Below, one piece after another: positions 36,136 through 46,786 of a stretch of 64,000 bases of DNA. Within the stretch, counting starts at the first letter, position 1; each line of letters starts with the position of its first letter. Under the pieces are notes generated by a model, which worked only from the letters and a program-made list of their open reading frames with translations, did not search any database and was not told the origin of the DNA. Position numbers and translations under genes: made by a program. Origin of the DNA: Candidatus Falkowbacteria bacterium (GTDB lineage: Bacteria > Patescibacteriota > Patescibacteriia > Patescibacteriales > UBA12465); assembly GCA_012800315.1 (NCBI GenBank), contig JAAZJO010000001.1, positions 773 to 64,772 of the forward strand, in the 5' to 3' direction.

Positions 36136-37507
36136 GTAGTTCTTCCTCCTTTCTAATATTTAATCTTTTTTCAATTATTTTATCTTTTTTAATTAAACGC
36201 TCTTTTATTTTCTTAAAAACAACCACTTCCTGAGCACTAGAATCCATATCGCGCATTAAAATTGTACCATCTAATATCTCTTTTTTACCTAATATTAAAC
36301 ATGTTCTTGCCTTAAGTGCCGCCGCTTCCTCTAGCTGTGTTCTTAAACTATCAGAAGTAAAAGATTGTTTCACATTAAAACCAGCTTTACGCAATTCCTG
36401 GAATAACTGCAAAGCCTTAAGCTTCGCCTGTTCTCCTAATTGAGCAATAAATATTATATTCTCTTCTCCTGGATTTGCCAAGCTGTGTTTATCTTTCAAG
36501 CGAGACAGCGTTCTTTCAATACCAATAGCCAAACCAATCGCTGGGGTTGGCTCGCCGCCCAAGCTATTAATTAAAGAATCATAACGACCACCACCAGCCA
36601 AGGCTAATTTGCCCTGAGCCGATCCATCTTCATTAAGTGGCCAAAATTCAAAAACCGTATCATTATAATAATTTAAACCCCTAACTAAATAGGGATTAAA
36701 ATTATAACTAATATTTAATTCATCTAGAAATTCTAAAGTTTTAGTAAAATATTCACGACTTTCATCAGATAAATAATCAGCAATTTGCGGCGCTTCTTCA
36801 CGCAGCTTAACACAAGCATCCTCCTTACAATCAAGCAAGCCAAGAATATTCTTGCCTAAATTATTTTTACAAGAATTACATAATTTAGAACGACGTCCTC
36901 TTTCCTTATAGAATGCCATTAGTTTACTACTATATTCACGACGACATTCAACTGAACCAATACTATTCACTTGAACTTGAGTGGCGATTCCTAATTCTTC
37001 AAAAAAATTATGGGCAATTGAAATTAAAATAGCTTCCGTGATTGGGTTTTTTTCACCAATTATTTCTAAGTCAAGTTGAGTTGATTCACGATAGCGGCCA
37101 GATTGTAATTTTTCTCGCCGGAAAATTGGTCCTAAAGAAAAAAGTCTAACTGGTAAATTACCTTCATTTAATTTATTTTCTAAATAAGCTCGTAAAATTC
37201 CCTGTGTTAATTCTGGGCGCAAAACTAGACGCTCACTTTTTTCACCTTCAACCGCATAAAACTCCCTTTCAAGATTGCTGCGAGTTGATTTTTTATAAAG
37301 ATCAAAACTTTCAATAATCGGTGTTTTTATTGGTGAAAAACTATAAGCCTTAGCCAAATTTAGCGCTTTATTTACCAGTAAATCATAACAAACACATTCC
37401 GAGCCAAGAATATCCTTCATCCCTAAAAGACGAGGAATAACTTTGCCACTGCGCTCTTCCGTTTTTTTAACATTGCTATCAGTTGAAGTTTTTTTTACTC
37501 TAGGCAT
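36122..37507 (-). CDS. hisS: Histidine--tRNA ligase (some motif deviations)
   Basis: GMKD, TPIIE, LRPE.T, FRRE...GRYR, LVRGLNYY, GGGRYD, GIER, anticodon-binding domain. Confidence 0.85.
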   Translation of the reverse strand: MPRVKKTSTDSNVKKTEERSGKVIPRLLGMKDILGSECVCYDLLVNKALNLAKAYSFSPIKTPIIESFDLYKKSTRSNLEREFYAVEGEKSERLVLRPELTQGILRAYLENKLNEGNLPVRLFSLGPIFRREKLQSGRYRESTQLDLEIIGEKNPITEAILISIAHNFFEELGIATQVQVNSIGSVECRREYSSKLMAFYKERGRRSKLCNSCKNNLGKNILGLLDCKEDACVKLREEAPQIADYLSDESREYFTKTLEFLDELNISYNFNPYLVRGLNYYNDTVFEFWPLNEDGSAQGKLALAGGGRYDSLINSLGGEPTPAIGLAIGIERTLSRLKDKHSLANPGEENIIFIAQLGEQAKLKALQLFQELRKAGFNVKQSFTSDSLRTQLEEAAALKARTCLILGKKEILDGTILMRDMDSSAQEVVVFKKIKERLIKKDKIIEKRLNIRKEEELHGRL

Positions 37508-37519
37508 AATAATGAAATA

Positions 37520-38089
37520 TTAAATATTATACTCTGGCCAACAATCTTTATTAAATAATTGCATCTCACTGAGTGGCCAGCCACGAAATAAAATTTTACC
37601 AATTACAAAACTTTTATTAATCGGCCCAAAATAACGAGAATCTTTTGAAGCATTACGATTATCCCCTAAAACAAAATATTCATCTGGGCCAATGGTAATT
37701 TTTTCTTCACTATCACTAAAAGTTTCTAAATTTTCCGGCAAATAGTTTTCAGTTAAAACCATTCCTTCTGGATACTCATTATTAAAAATAATAACTTGTC
37801 CATCTTTAATTTGAACCTGTTCTCCCGGCAAGCCAATTAAGCGTTTAATAAAATATTCTTGAGGATCACGGGGGTAGCGAAAAACAATTACTTGCCCACG
37901 CTCCGCTGGAGCGAAGCGATAACTTAATTCATCAACAATTAAATACTCTTTATCTAAAAAATTAGGTTCCATGGAATCTCCTTTCACAAAAAACGGCTGA
38001 ATTAAGAAATGGCGAATTGGTATTATAATAGCAGCCGAAATCAGAACCACCTTAACTAGCTCCCAAACAAACAAAAAAAATTTTTTCAT
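37520..38089 (-). CDS. lepB: Signal peptidase I (start likely MKKFF)
   Basis: GDSMEP, FIKRLIGLPG, GDNRNASKDSR. Confidence 0.95.
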   Translation of the reverse strand: MKKFFLFVWELVKVVLISAAIIIPIRHFLIQPFFVKGDSMEPNFLDKEYLIVDELSYRFAPAERGQVIVFRYPRDPQEYFIKRLIGLPGEQVQIKDGQVIIFNNEYPEGMVLTENYLPENLETFSDSEEKITIGPDEYFVLGDNRNASKDSRYFGPINKSFVIGKILFRGWPLSEMQLFNKDCWPEYNI

Positions 38090-38192
38090 ATTGAACAAAG
38101 AAAAGTTAAAATCGGGATAGAAAAATGCTAACAATTAGCTCAAATTGTACCAAAAAATGAAAAAAAAATCAAATCCGCATTATCAGCTAATT

Positions 38193-39245
38193 TTAGTAAA
38201 TAAACATCGCATCACCATAACTAAAAAACCGATAACCTCGCTTAACTGCCTCGGAATAGGCAGCGCGTATCTGTTTTTTACCCGCTAAAGCGCTCACCAA
38301 CATTAACAAGGTTGATTTCGGTAAATGAAAATTAGTAATTAAAGCATCAACTACTTTAAAAGTATAACCAGGATAAATAAAAATATCAGTCCAAAATGAT
38401 TGCTTAACTATTTGCTGACTATTTTTTAATTGCTCCCAATTAATTGATTCTAGTGAACGACAACTGGTTGTCCCCACAGCAATCACACGATGTTTAGCCT
38501 TCTTAGCTGCTAAAATTGCTTTTAATGTAGCTGCTTTAATCTCTACCAATTCCCGATGCATTTTGTGCTCAGCAATATTTTCTGTTTTTACGGGAGTAAA
38601 TGTTCCTAAACCAACATGTAGAGTTATGTAAACTATTTTTACTCCTTTATTTTTTATTTTTCTTAGCAATTCTTTAGTTAGGTGCAACCCAGCAGTTGGT
38701 GCAGCCACCGAGCCAATTTTATTATCTGCTGCAAAAACTGTTTGGTAGTTATTTTTATCACTAATAATTTGCTTATCTCTCTTGATATATGGCGGCAAGG
38801 GAACTTCACCAATTTTATTGATCTCACGCCAAAACTTTTCTCCCAATAAATTAAACTTCAATTGCCAAGTCCCATCATGATTATCCTTAATCACTTCCGC
38901 TGCTAATAATTTTGATAAAATAATTATTAATCCTGCTTTTACCTTTCCCTTCAATAAGCACTCCCAAGTATTTTTTGATAATTTCCGATGTAAAAATATT
39001 TCCGTCTTACCACCCGTTTCTTTTTTGTATCCAATCAAGCGTGCCGGAAAAACTTTAGAATTATTTAAAACCAAAAGATCTCCTGCTTGCAGATAATCAA
39101 TAATGTTAAAAAAATATTTATGTTCTATCTTCCCACTTTGACGATTAAGCAACAATAACCGCGAGTGATCCCGCGGTTTAATTTGTTTTTGAGCAATAAG
39201 TTCTGGGGGTAAATGATAATCAAATTCCTTCAACGACAAAAACAT
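38193..39245 (-). CDS. queA: S-adenosylmethionine:tRNA ribosyltransferase-isomerase
   Basis: FDYHLPPELIAQ, PLPPYI, AAPTAGLH, LHVGLGTF, TNFHLP, FFSYGDAM. Confidence 0.97.
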   Translation of the reverse strand: MFLSLKEFDYHLPPELIAQKQIKPRDHSRLLLLNRQSGKIEHKYFFNIIDYLQAGDLLVLNNSKVFPARLIGYKKETGGKTEIFLHRKLSKNTWECLLKGKVKAGLIIILSKLLAAEVIKDNHDGTWQLKFNLLGEKFWREINKIGEVPLPPYIKRDKQIISDKNNYQTVFAADNKIGSVAAPTAGLHLTKELLRKIKNKGVKIVYITLHVGLGTFTPVKTENIAEHKMHRELVEIKAATLKAILAAKKAKHRVIAVGTTSCRSLESINWEQLKNSQQIVKQSFWTDIFIYPGYTFKVVDALITNFHLPKSTLLMLVSALAGKKQIRAAYSEAVKRGYRFFSYGDAMFIY

Positions 39246-39275
39246 AAATCAATCATTAATTTATTTTGTTTTAAC

Positions 39276-40316
39276 CTAAATTAATTTATCTGTTCCTGGC
39301 ATTTTTAGGCCCAGATGTTCATAACCTAAATGCGTAATCACTCGGCCACGTGGTGAACGATCTAAAAATCCCAAACGCATTAAATAAGGTTCATACATAT
39401 TTTCAATTGTATCCATTTCTTCGCCGGTAGCCGCCGCTAAAGTATTTAAACCAACTGGACCACCCTTAAATTTCACCGCAATAGTTTCTAGAATACGACG
39501 ATCAATTAAATCCAAACCTAGCTCATCAATTTCTAACATTTTAAAAGCCTCTAAACAACTTTTTAAAGTAATTTTACCATCTCCTTTTACTTCGCAATAA
39601 TCACGCACTCTCTTAAATAAACGATTAGCGATACGTGGTGTACGGCGACTACGAGCCGCAATAGCTGTTTTTGCTTCAGCCTCTATCTCTACCTTTAAAA
39701 TTCGGGCGCTCCGCATAATAATTTTTTCAATATCAACTATTTCATAAAATCCTAAATGGTGAGTGATACCAAAACGATCGCGCAAAGGTGCCGATAATAA
39801 ACTAGCTAGTGTAGTCGCGCCAATAATAGTAAATCTCGGCAAATCTAAACGCAAAGTTCTAGCGCTTGGCCCCTTACCCATAATAATATCCAAAGAAAAG
39901 TCTTCCATGGCTGGATATAAAATTTCTTCAATCGTTTTTCTTAAACGATGGATTTCATCAATAAATAAAATATCACCTTCTTCTAAATTAGTTAAAATAG
40001 CAGCTAAATCACCGGCCTTTTCAATCGCTGGCCCAGAAGTAACCTTAATATTGGCTCCGATTTCATTAGCAATAACATGGGCTAAGGTTGTTTTACCTAA
40101 ACCGGGCGCACCATATAATAAAATGTGTTCAATCGGTTCGCCCCGCTTCTTAGCAGCCGCAATAGTAATTTCTAAATTAGCTTTTATTTTTTCTTGCCCA
40201 ACATATTCTTTTAAAGTTTTTGGACGTAAAGATGAATCAAAAGCTTCGTCGCCCTGATGTTCTATCGGACTAATTAAACGCTCTTCGGTTTCATCAATGT
40301 TTATTTTAGTAGCCAT
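39276..40316 (-). CDS. ruvB: Holliday junction branch migration helicase RuvB
   Basis: [41 protein letters not shown]. Confidence 0.97.
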   Translation of the reverse strand: MATKINIDETEERLISPIEHQGDEAFDSSLRPKTLKEYVGQEKIKANLEITIAAAKKRGEPIEHILLYGAPGLGKTTLAHVIANEIGANIKVTSGPAIEKAGDLAAILTNLEEGDILFIDEIHRLRKTIEEILYPAMEDFSLDIIMGKGPSARTLRLDLPRFTIIGATTLASLLSAPLRDRFGITHHLGFYEIVDIEKIIMRSARILKVEIEAEAKTAIAARSRRTPRIANRLFKRVRDYCEVKGDGKITLKSCLEAFKMLEIDELGLDLIDRRILETIAVKFKGGPVGLNTLAAATGEEMDTIENMYEPYLMRLGFLDRSPRGRVITHLGYEHLGLKMPGTDKLI

Positions 40317-40327
40317 ATTTTTTATAA

Positions 40328-43300
40328 TTAACGCTGTTTAAATTCACAAATAGAATTAAAATCACAAAACCCACACAACGATGAGGGGGTTGGCGCAAAG
40401 TTTTGCTTCTTAATCAAAGAAATTTTTTCCTTGACCCATAATTGCACCTTAGTAATATCTTTAGCGGTAGCTGTAAAAGTGAGCTTCTCACCACTCTCTA
40501 CATAATAATAAGTCAGGGCACTCACTTTGATCCCTAAAAATTCTTCAGTAAATAATTGATATAAAATAAGTTGGCTCTTATCCTTAAGCTCTAATTTAGA
40601 TTTTGTTTGGCCAGTTTTATAATCAATTATTTCTAAAGTTCCGTCGGGCAGTTTATCAACTCTATCAATAGTTCCCTTAATAATCTCGCCGCCGATTTTA
40701 AAAGAAAAGCTCTTCTCTAAAAATATTATTTCCTGTGGCGGATTAGCTGAATAATTTTGCCAAAACTTCTTTAAAGCTTCAATCCCTTTTTTATAATAAG
40801 CTTCTCTTTCAGCTTTATTTTTATAACCATCCCCCTGCCAAAGCTCTTCATAAATTTCTAACAATCGTTTTTCGGTTAACAGTTTGGATAATTTATCTTG
40901 TTTCTCTTTTTTCTTTTTAGCTCCATCAAGTTCAGCAAATAAATCACCTTGCATTTTTCGCCATTCACTCATGGTTGGTAAAAGGAAATTATATAAAGTA
41001 CTATGTATAACACGACCAAAAATAAGATTGGACTTATCAGTTGAGGCTGGAATCTTTAAAACAAAAGCGTATTTATATTGTAATGGGCAAGTAGAAACAG
41101 CGGTTAATTGTGAAAAAGAAAATTTATCTGGCAAAGGATATTTTTCTTCTGTAGACAGTTGCTGACTACTAGCTTCTTGAGAGTTTAAATAATGTAAATC
41201 TCGTAAAAATTCATTTTTCTGTGTTAATTTAATTTCTGGTGCTAGAGAATCTTCTATCCCCATTTCTGATAAAAAACGTGATGGCTTTTTTTCGCGTACT
41301 CCGCCGTAATCTTTAGCGCCCGTTAAATATAACTCCTCCTTAGCTCGGGTGACAGCTACATAAAATAAACGGCGCTCTTCTTCTAAGTGGAAGTCTGCTC
41401 CCGCAACAGTCTTTTCCTTAACTAAATCATCTGGCAAAGGAATTTTTTCTCCGCGAGCAATGGTCGGAAATTTTTTATCTACTAAATTAACCAGAAAGAC
41501 ATATTGAAACTCTAAACCTTTTGAGCCATGAACTGTCATAATCTTCACTGTTTCATTATCAACAAAATCTAATTTAAGTGAACCTGTTTCTCCGGCCTCT
41601 AACTCCAAATTAATTGCGGCCAAAAAGTCTTTCAGATGTAAATCTGGCTCAGCCTCCTCCATTTTTTTTATTTTTTGATAAAACTGATTTAAATAAGAAA
41701 ATAATTCTAAGTCCCGATCATGATCTAAATCAGCTAATAGTCCCGACTCATAAACAAAGGTTAAAAATATTTTTGAAGTACTTTGCTGCGCCACTAAAGC
41801 AGAATGGGCAGTAATTAAATTTAATAGTTTTTTAATATTTTTAATACTTTCAGTACTCACTCCAGAAATAGAATCAATATTCTTTAGCGCTTCATATAAA
41901 GACCAAACCTTGCGAGTTGCTTTTTTATTAATCGTCACTAAATCAAGATGAGAAACTTTAAAAATATCCATATTCAAAACCCGAAAAAGGGCTGATGATT
42001 CATGATAATTATCTAGTAAACGCAAATAAGCTAAAATATCTAAAATAAGCGGTTTATAATAAAGACCGCGCCAAGACATAAATTGATTAGGAATATTATA
42101 ACGCCCAAGCGCTTTAACATAAGCATCAGCTGTATCATTAGCGCGCACTAAAATGGCAAAATCTGACCAACTAATTTTTTCCCCAGCCGCCTGTTTCCTT
42201 TGATAAATATCTAAGATCCTTTGAGCTACAAAAGAAGTTTCTTCTTCAGCTGTTTCAAAATTATAAAATTTAACCGCCGGCTCAGTTTTTGGTTTTTTAG
42301 CTATTTTACCCTTAGCTTTCAACTGTTTATTTATTTTTAGTTTCTCTTCTAAGCGATTAGGATTATTATTTTGAATAAAGCGATGAGCATAATCTAAAAT
42401 CTCCTGACGAGAACGATAATTTTCTGTTAAAACTAATTCAGCCGCCTTTTTAAAATCATCTTTAAATTGCATGATATTAGAAATAGAGGCACCGCGAAAT
42501 TTATAGATTGAATTATGAACAAAAATTTCATCAGCTACAAAATTATGAGTCCCAGCAATTTCTAAATCATAAACAAAATCCTTTTTTGTCTGCTCTTGAC
42601 GATCAACAACTTGATCATATACTATGCCCGAGTCACTCATAATTGGCACAGACATGCCGGGAAAAACATTTTTTGCTGGAACAACTGTTGCCTGCAAAAC
42701 TTTTTCCTTTGCTTTAGCAATTTTCATCTGCGGCTCAATCAAGCCAGCAAACTCTTTTTGTATTCTTAAAGCAATGCGACCTAAATATTTTAAATCATCA
42801 CTCTGTAAAAACAGGCTTTTCTTTTTAGCACCACTTACTATACTAAAACCCATTTTTTTCAATTTTGAAATTGTTATTTGATCAGTAGTTTCAATCCTTA
42901 AACAATGAAAAGCCTTAGGTTTGGCTAAAGAATTATTTTTACTTATTTTTGAATTATGCTTTTGAGAGCACATTTCTAAATTAATCTTGAATTTTGCTTT
43001 ATTGCCATAATTCGCCGTCTCTGCATAACAAGGCGCTGACTCTAAATCAAGATTAAGGTCTTGAGCTAAACGACGCACCCCCGCCTCTACTTTTAACTCC
43101 CGACTTAATTTTTCACTCCACTTTTTCTCATTCAATAAACTATCTCTTTCCCGACAATAATTAACCGGAATTCTGTATTTTAAAGACAATAATTCTTTGT
43201 AATAACCAGCTTCTGCTAGTGTCTTGAAACTGCGAACAGCTATTATTCTATCGGCTGATTTTTCTAATCGCAATTGCGAAGCTAAATCATTAGTTAAGCC

Positions 43301-44404
43301 AATTCGCCAACCTAATTCTGGCTTAAAGATCAAATAAACATAAAAATATTTTTTATCAGCAATGCGCGGGACAAAACAAAATAGTTTATGATTATCAGTC
43401 ACCGTAACTTTCTTGCCGGAGTTAGTAGTAAAAGTTAAAAATAAAGCCTCTTTTTTAATTTTATTAACCTGAGAAACCTGACCATAACTCCAAGCTCCCT
43501 TGCCAACCGCCGTGACGACCTCATCACCTTTTTTTATTTCTTTAATTTTTTTTGACTGACCACTATTCAACAAAACTAAAGAATCACCCGGCAAACATTG
43601 ATCATCATCACCCACAACTACTAAATTATTTTTTGGCGCAGCCAAGATTTTTACTAACTCATACTGAGCCCAATTCGTATCCTGAAATTCGTCCACCATG
43701 ATATATTTAAATTTTTGACGATAATATTGTAAAATATTCGGACGTTCAGAAAATAATTTTAAAGTATAAACAATTAAATCACCAAAATCTAAATAATTAT
43801 TTTCTAATAATAGTTGATTATAAACTTGATAAGCCTCAGCTAACTCCTTTATTCTAGCTACCTCCATTTCTTCACCCTCATCAGCCGTTTTTTTTAAGCT
43901 AGCAGCATATTTTAAATATTCTGCCGGAGTAATATTTTCATCTTTAAGACGAGAAAAATGACGAATCAATTCGGAAATGAATTTAGTTGGATTGCCTAAA
44001 GGACGATAATAATCCAAATTAAAACGTGTTAAATTTTTTCTAATTAATATCCATTGATCTGTTTCTGTTAATAATCTGAAATTAGCATTTAATCCAATAT
44101 CTAAAGCGTGTTCACGTAATAATCGTTCTCCAAAACTATGAAAAGTACTAATCCAAAGATCAACATAACCATAAGGTAAAATTTGGTCCGCTCGTTCCTC
44201 CATTTCGCTCGCTGCTTTTTCCGTAAAAGTTAATAACAGAATTTGGTCTGCCGGGACTTTTTTCTCCATAATTAAATAAGTCAAACGATTAATTAAAACC
44301 GTGGTTTTGCCTGTGCCGGCACCAGCAATAATTAAAAGAGGACCAGCCTCATGAGTAACAGCCTGTCTCTGTTCCTTATTTAATTTTTCTAATATTTTTT
44401 TCAT
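40328..44404 (-). CDS. UvrD/PcrA-like helicase fused to a C-terminal PD-(D/E)XK nuclease, intein-containing
   Basis: [73 protein letters not shown]...[10 protein letters not shown]. Confidence 0.92.
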   Translation of the reverse strand: MKKILEKLNKEQRQAVTHEAGPLLIIAGAGTGKTTVLINRLTYLIMEKKVPADQILLLTFTEKAASEMEERADQILPYGYVDLWISTFHSFGERLLREHALDIGLNANFRLLTETDQWILIRKNLTRFNLDYYRPLGNPTKFISELIRHFSRLKDENITPAEYLKYAASLKKTADEGEEMEVARIKELAEAYQVYNQLLLENNYLDFGDLIVYTLKLFSERPNILQYYRQKFKYIMVDEFQDTNWAQYELVKILAAPKNNLVVVGDDDQCLPGDSLVLLNSGQSKKIKEIKKGDEVVTAVGKGAWSYGQVSQVNKIKKEALFLTFTTNSGKKVTVTDNHKLFCFVPRIADKKYFYVYLIFKPELGWRIGLTNDLASQLRLEKSADRIIAVRSFKTLAEAGYYKELLSLKYRIPVNYCRERDSLLNEKKWSEKLSRELKVEAGVRRLAQDLNLDLESAPCYAETANYGNKAKFKINLEMCSQKHNSKISKNNSLAKPKAFHCLRIETTDQITISKLKKMGFSIVSGAKKKSLFLQSDDLKYLGRIALRIQKEFAGLIEPQMKIAKAKEKVLQATVVPAKNVFPGMSVPIMSDSGIVYDQVVDRQEQTKKDFVYDLEIAGTHNFVADEIFVHNSIYKFRGASISNIMQFKDDFKKAAELVLTENYRSRQEILDYAHRFIQNNNPNRLEEKLKINKQLKAKGKIAKKPKTEPAVKFYNFETAEEETSFVAQRILDIYQRKQAAGEKISWSDFAILVRANDTADAYVKALGRYNIPNQFMSWRGLYYKPLILDILAYLRLLDNYHESSALFRVLNMDIFKVSHLDLVTINKKATRKVWSLYEALKNIDSISGVSTESIKNIKKLLNLITAHSALVAQQSTSKIFLTFVYESGLLADLDHDRDLELFSYLNQFYQKIKKMEEAEPDLHLKDFLAAINLELEAGETGSLKLDFVDNETVKIMTVHGSKGLEFQYVFLVNLVDKKFPTIARGEKIPLPDDLVKEKTVAGADFHLEEERRLFYVAVTRAKEELYLTGAKDYGGVREKKPSRFLSEMGIEDSLAPEIKLTQKNEFLRDLHYLNSQEASSQQLSTEEKYPLPDKFSFSQLTAVSTCPLQYKYAFVLKIPASTDKSNLIFGRVIHSTLYNFLLPTMSEWRKMQGDLFAELDGAKKKKEKQDKLSKLLTEKRLLEIYEELWQGDGYKNKAEREAYYKKGIEALKKFWQNYSANPPQEIIFLEKSFSFKIGGEIIKGTIDRVDKLPDGTLEIIDYKTGQTKSKLELKDKSQLILYQLFTEEFLGIKVSALTYYYVESGEKLTFTATAKDITKVQLWVKEKISLIKKQNFAPTPSSLCGFCDFNSICEFKQR
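42512..43597 (-). mobile_element. Intein (362 aa) inserted in helicase motif III
   Basis: Starts CLPGDS after GDDDQ; block B VTDNHKL; ends VYDLEI..THNFVA..IFVHN followed by extein Ser; removal restores [13 protein letters not shown]. Confidence 0.95.
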
Positions 44405-44408
44405 TGTT

Positions 44409-45674
44409 TTAAAATTTTAAAATAGCTTTTATTTTCTCATCTTTTAAATCACCAATAATTGCCAAATTTAAATTTTTATTAACAAATAAACGCTGTGCTA
44501 AATCACGAATCTGCTCTGCTGAAATTGCTTTGAGGCGACGAATCATTTCGCCGGGGGTAATTATCTTTTTACGATAAATAGCTTGGCGAGCATACCAATT
44601 CGCTAAATTATCAGATGCTTCCATTTGCAAAAGAAGGCGTCCTTGGAACATATCCTTAGCGCGTTTTAGTTCTTTAGCCGGAATCAACTCTTTAGTTAAT
44701 TTTTTATATTCTGCCAAAATTATTTTAATCGCTTTTTCTATTTTATCAGTCGGCACACCCGCCTGAGTAGTTAAATAACCAGAATCAGAATAAGCTTCGG
44801 TGATTGTATTAACATAATAAGCTAAACCATTGCGTTCACGTAAACTAATAAACAAGCGCGAGCTCATTGAACCACCTAAAATAATTGAGAGCAATTTTAA
44901 TTTAAACTCATCTGGATGACCAACCGGCAAAGCTCTTACCCCTAAAGAAATAGCTGCTTGATCAGTTTTTTTATAAGAAATTTTTAGTTGAGGAGTTTTT
45001 TGTTTTTCTACAACCGCTAATTTAGGCGGATATTTATTAGGTTTTAAAACAGAAAAAAGTTTTTCCACTAATTTTTGATCAGCTGGTTTTAAGCCTCCCG
45101 CCATAACTATATAAGCACTTCGGGAACCATATTGTAATTCTAAATAATTAATAAAATCCTCACGTTTAAAGCGCAAAATATTTTCTTTAGTACCAATCGT
45201 TTCCCAGCCAGCTGGTGTATCACCATAAAGACAGGTTTCAAAAATATCTTCAATATGCATGCGGGGATTATCTTCATACATATTTAATTCTTCAATAATA
45301 ACCCCTTTTTCTCGCTCAATTTCCTCCGCAGCAAACAAAGAATTAGATAACATATCACTTAAAATTTCCAAAGCCTTGCCTAACTTATTATTCGCTACCT
45401 TAAACCAATACCCAGTATATTCTTTGCCAGTAAAAGCATTATACTCTCCGCCCAAAGCATCCATTTCGCTAGAAATAGCTAAAGCGCTTGGACGTTTTTT
45501 AGTTCCTTTAAAAAACATGTGCTCTAAAAAATGGGAAATACCATTATTAGTCGCCTGTTCATGTCTAGAGCCAGTTTTAAAAACAATTAAAGCCGTTGTC
45601 GTTTTAGCCCCCTTTATCGGTACGGTGATAATTGGTATTTTATTTGACAAAACGGCCTTTTTATAAGTATTCAT
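44409..45674 (-). CDS. M16 family zinc peptidase
   Basis: GISHFLEHMFFKG, NAFT, GGSMSSRLF..LRE..GLAY. Confidence 0.93.
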   Translation of the reverse strand: MNTYKKAVLSNKIPIITVPIKGAKTTTALIVFKTGSRHEQATNNGISHFLEHMFFKGTKKRPSALAISSEMDALGGEYNAFTGKEYTGYWFKVANNKLGKALEILSDMLSNSLFAAEEIEREKGVIIEELNMYEDNPRMHIEDIFETCLYGDTPAGWETIGTKENILRFKREDFINYLELQYGSRSAYIVMAGGLKPADQKLVEKLFSVLKPNKYPPKLAVVEKQKTPQLKISYKKTDQAAISLGVRALPVGHPDEFKLKLLSIILGGSMSSRLFISLRERNGLAYYVNTITEAYSDSGYLTTQAGVPTDKIEKAIKIILAEYKKLTKELIPAKELKRAKDMFQGRLLLQMEASDNLANWYARQAIYRKKIITPGEMIRRLKAISAEQIRDLAQRLFVNKNLNLAIIGDLKDEKIKAILKF

Positions 45675-45776
45675 AAGATTATTTATTATTTATCAACTGT
45701 TCTAAATTTACCATATTTTTGTTATAATTTAAAGATAGAAGTTATTCTTCATATTTTATTATTAACCTTTACTAAT

Positions 45777-46493
45777 ATGTCTTATAAAATTAGCGACCGT
45801 AATTTTATTTTAAATCACGGTAAGCAGTATAAAATTTTAGCGGTCCGCGATTTACCAGACAATGAGAAGCCGCGGGAAAAATTACTTCAGTATGGAGTTG
45901 GCGCTCTTAGTTCAGCCGAGCTGTTAGCGATTGTTCTGGGCGTTGGCACAAAAAAAGAAGAAGTTTTCTCTATGGCTAATCGTCTCCTGCGTGAATATGG
46001 AGAAAAAGGAATTGCTTATCAGCGTGATCCAGCTATTATTGAAAAAGATCTGAAAATTCCGAGCGCTAAAGCTTGCCAAATTGTTGCCTGCTTTGAACTG
46101 GGTCGTCGTTTTTATCAAAAAAAACCAGGCAGCCTCATTACTATTCGCACCGCCAAACAAGCTTTTACCTATTTAAAAGATATGGGTAATCTAAATAAAG
46201 AACAATTCCGCGGACTCTATCTTAACTCCCATTATCAATTAGTTCACGATGAAGTAATTTCTATTGGCACATTAAACGCTTCTTTAGTTGCTCCCCGTGA
46301 AGTCTTTCGCCCAGCTTTAGAATATTCAGCGGCCGCCATCATTATTGCCCATAATCATCCGTCCGGAAGCTTAAAAGCAACTAAAGCAGATGTTGAAATA
46401 ACTAATAAATTGATTGAGGCCGGTAATATTATGGATATTGAAGTACTTGATCATATTATCATTGGCAAAAATAAATTTGCCAGTATTTTATAA
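45777..46493 (+). CDS. radC: RadC/JAB-domain protein
   Basis: KPREKL..G..ALS..ELLAI, PREVF, HNHPSG, DHIII. Confidence 0.93.
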   Translation: MSYKISDRNFILNHGKQYKILAVRDLPDNEKPREKLLQYGVGALSSAELLAIVLGVGTKKEEVFSMANRLLREYGEKGIAYQRDPAIIEKDLKIPSAKACQIVACFELGRRFYQKKPGSLITIRTAKQAFTYLKDMGNLNKEQFRGLYLNSHYQLVHDEVISIGTLNASLVAPREVFRPALEYSAAAIIIAHNHPSGSLKATKADVEITNKLIEAGNIMDIEVLDHIIIGKNKFASIL

Positions 46494-46501
46494 CTCTCAA
46501 A

Positions 46502-46786
46502 ATGCCTGAAAAAAAATATAAAATCAAGCCACTTGTCTGGCTTGTTCGTGATGAAAAAAGCGCAAAATTTCATGTAAAAAATGACGATTATTTTGGAACC
46601 ATCGCCACTATTTTAAGTTTAATCAAGCAGCAAATAAAAAAAGATGCCTGTCCAAATGCCGCTACCTTAAATAAAATACTAGGAAACCTAGAAAAAGAAT
46701 TAATGTTTCTACAAAAAAATTATCAAATTAAGCCTAAAATTAAAAACAAGAAAAAGACACCAAACGGTAAGCTAAGCAACCAGTGA
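46502..46786 (+). CDS. Hypothetical protein
   Basis: ATG 8 nt after the radC stop; 3' end overlaps the convergent gene. Confidence 0.5.
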   Translation: MPEKKYKIKPLVWLVRDEKSAKFHVKNDDYFGTIATILSLIKQQIKKDACPNAATLNKILGNLEKELMFLQKNYQIKPKIKNKKKTPNGKLSNQ

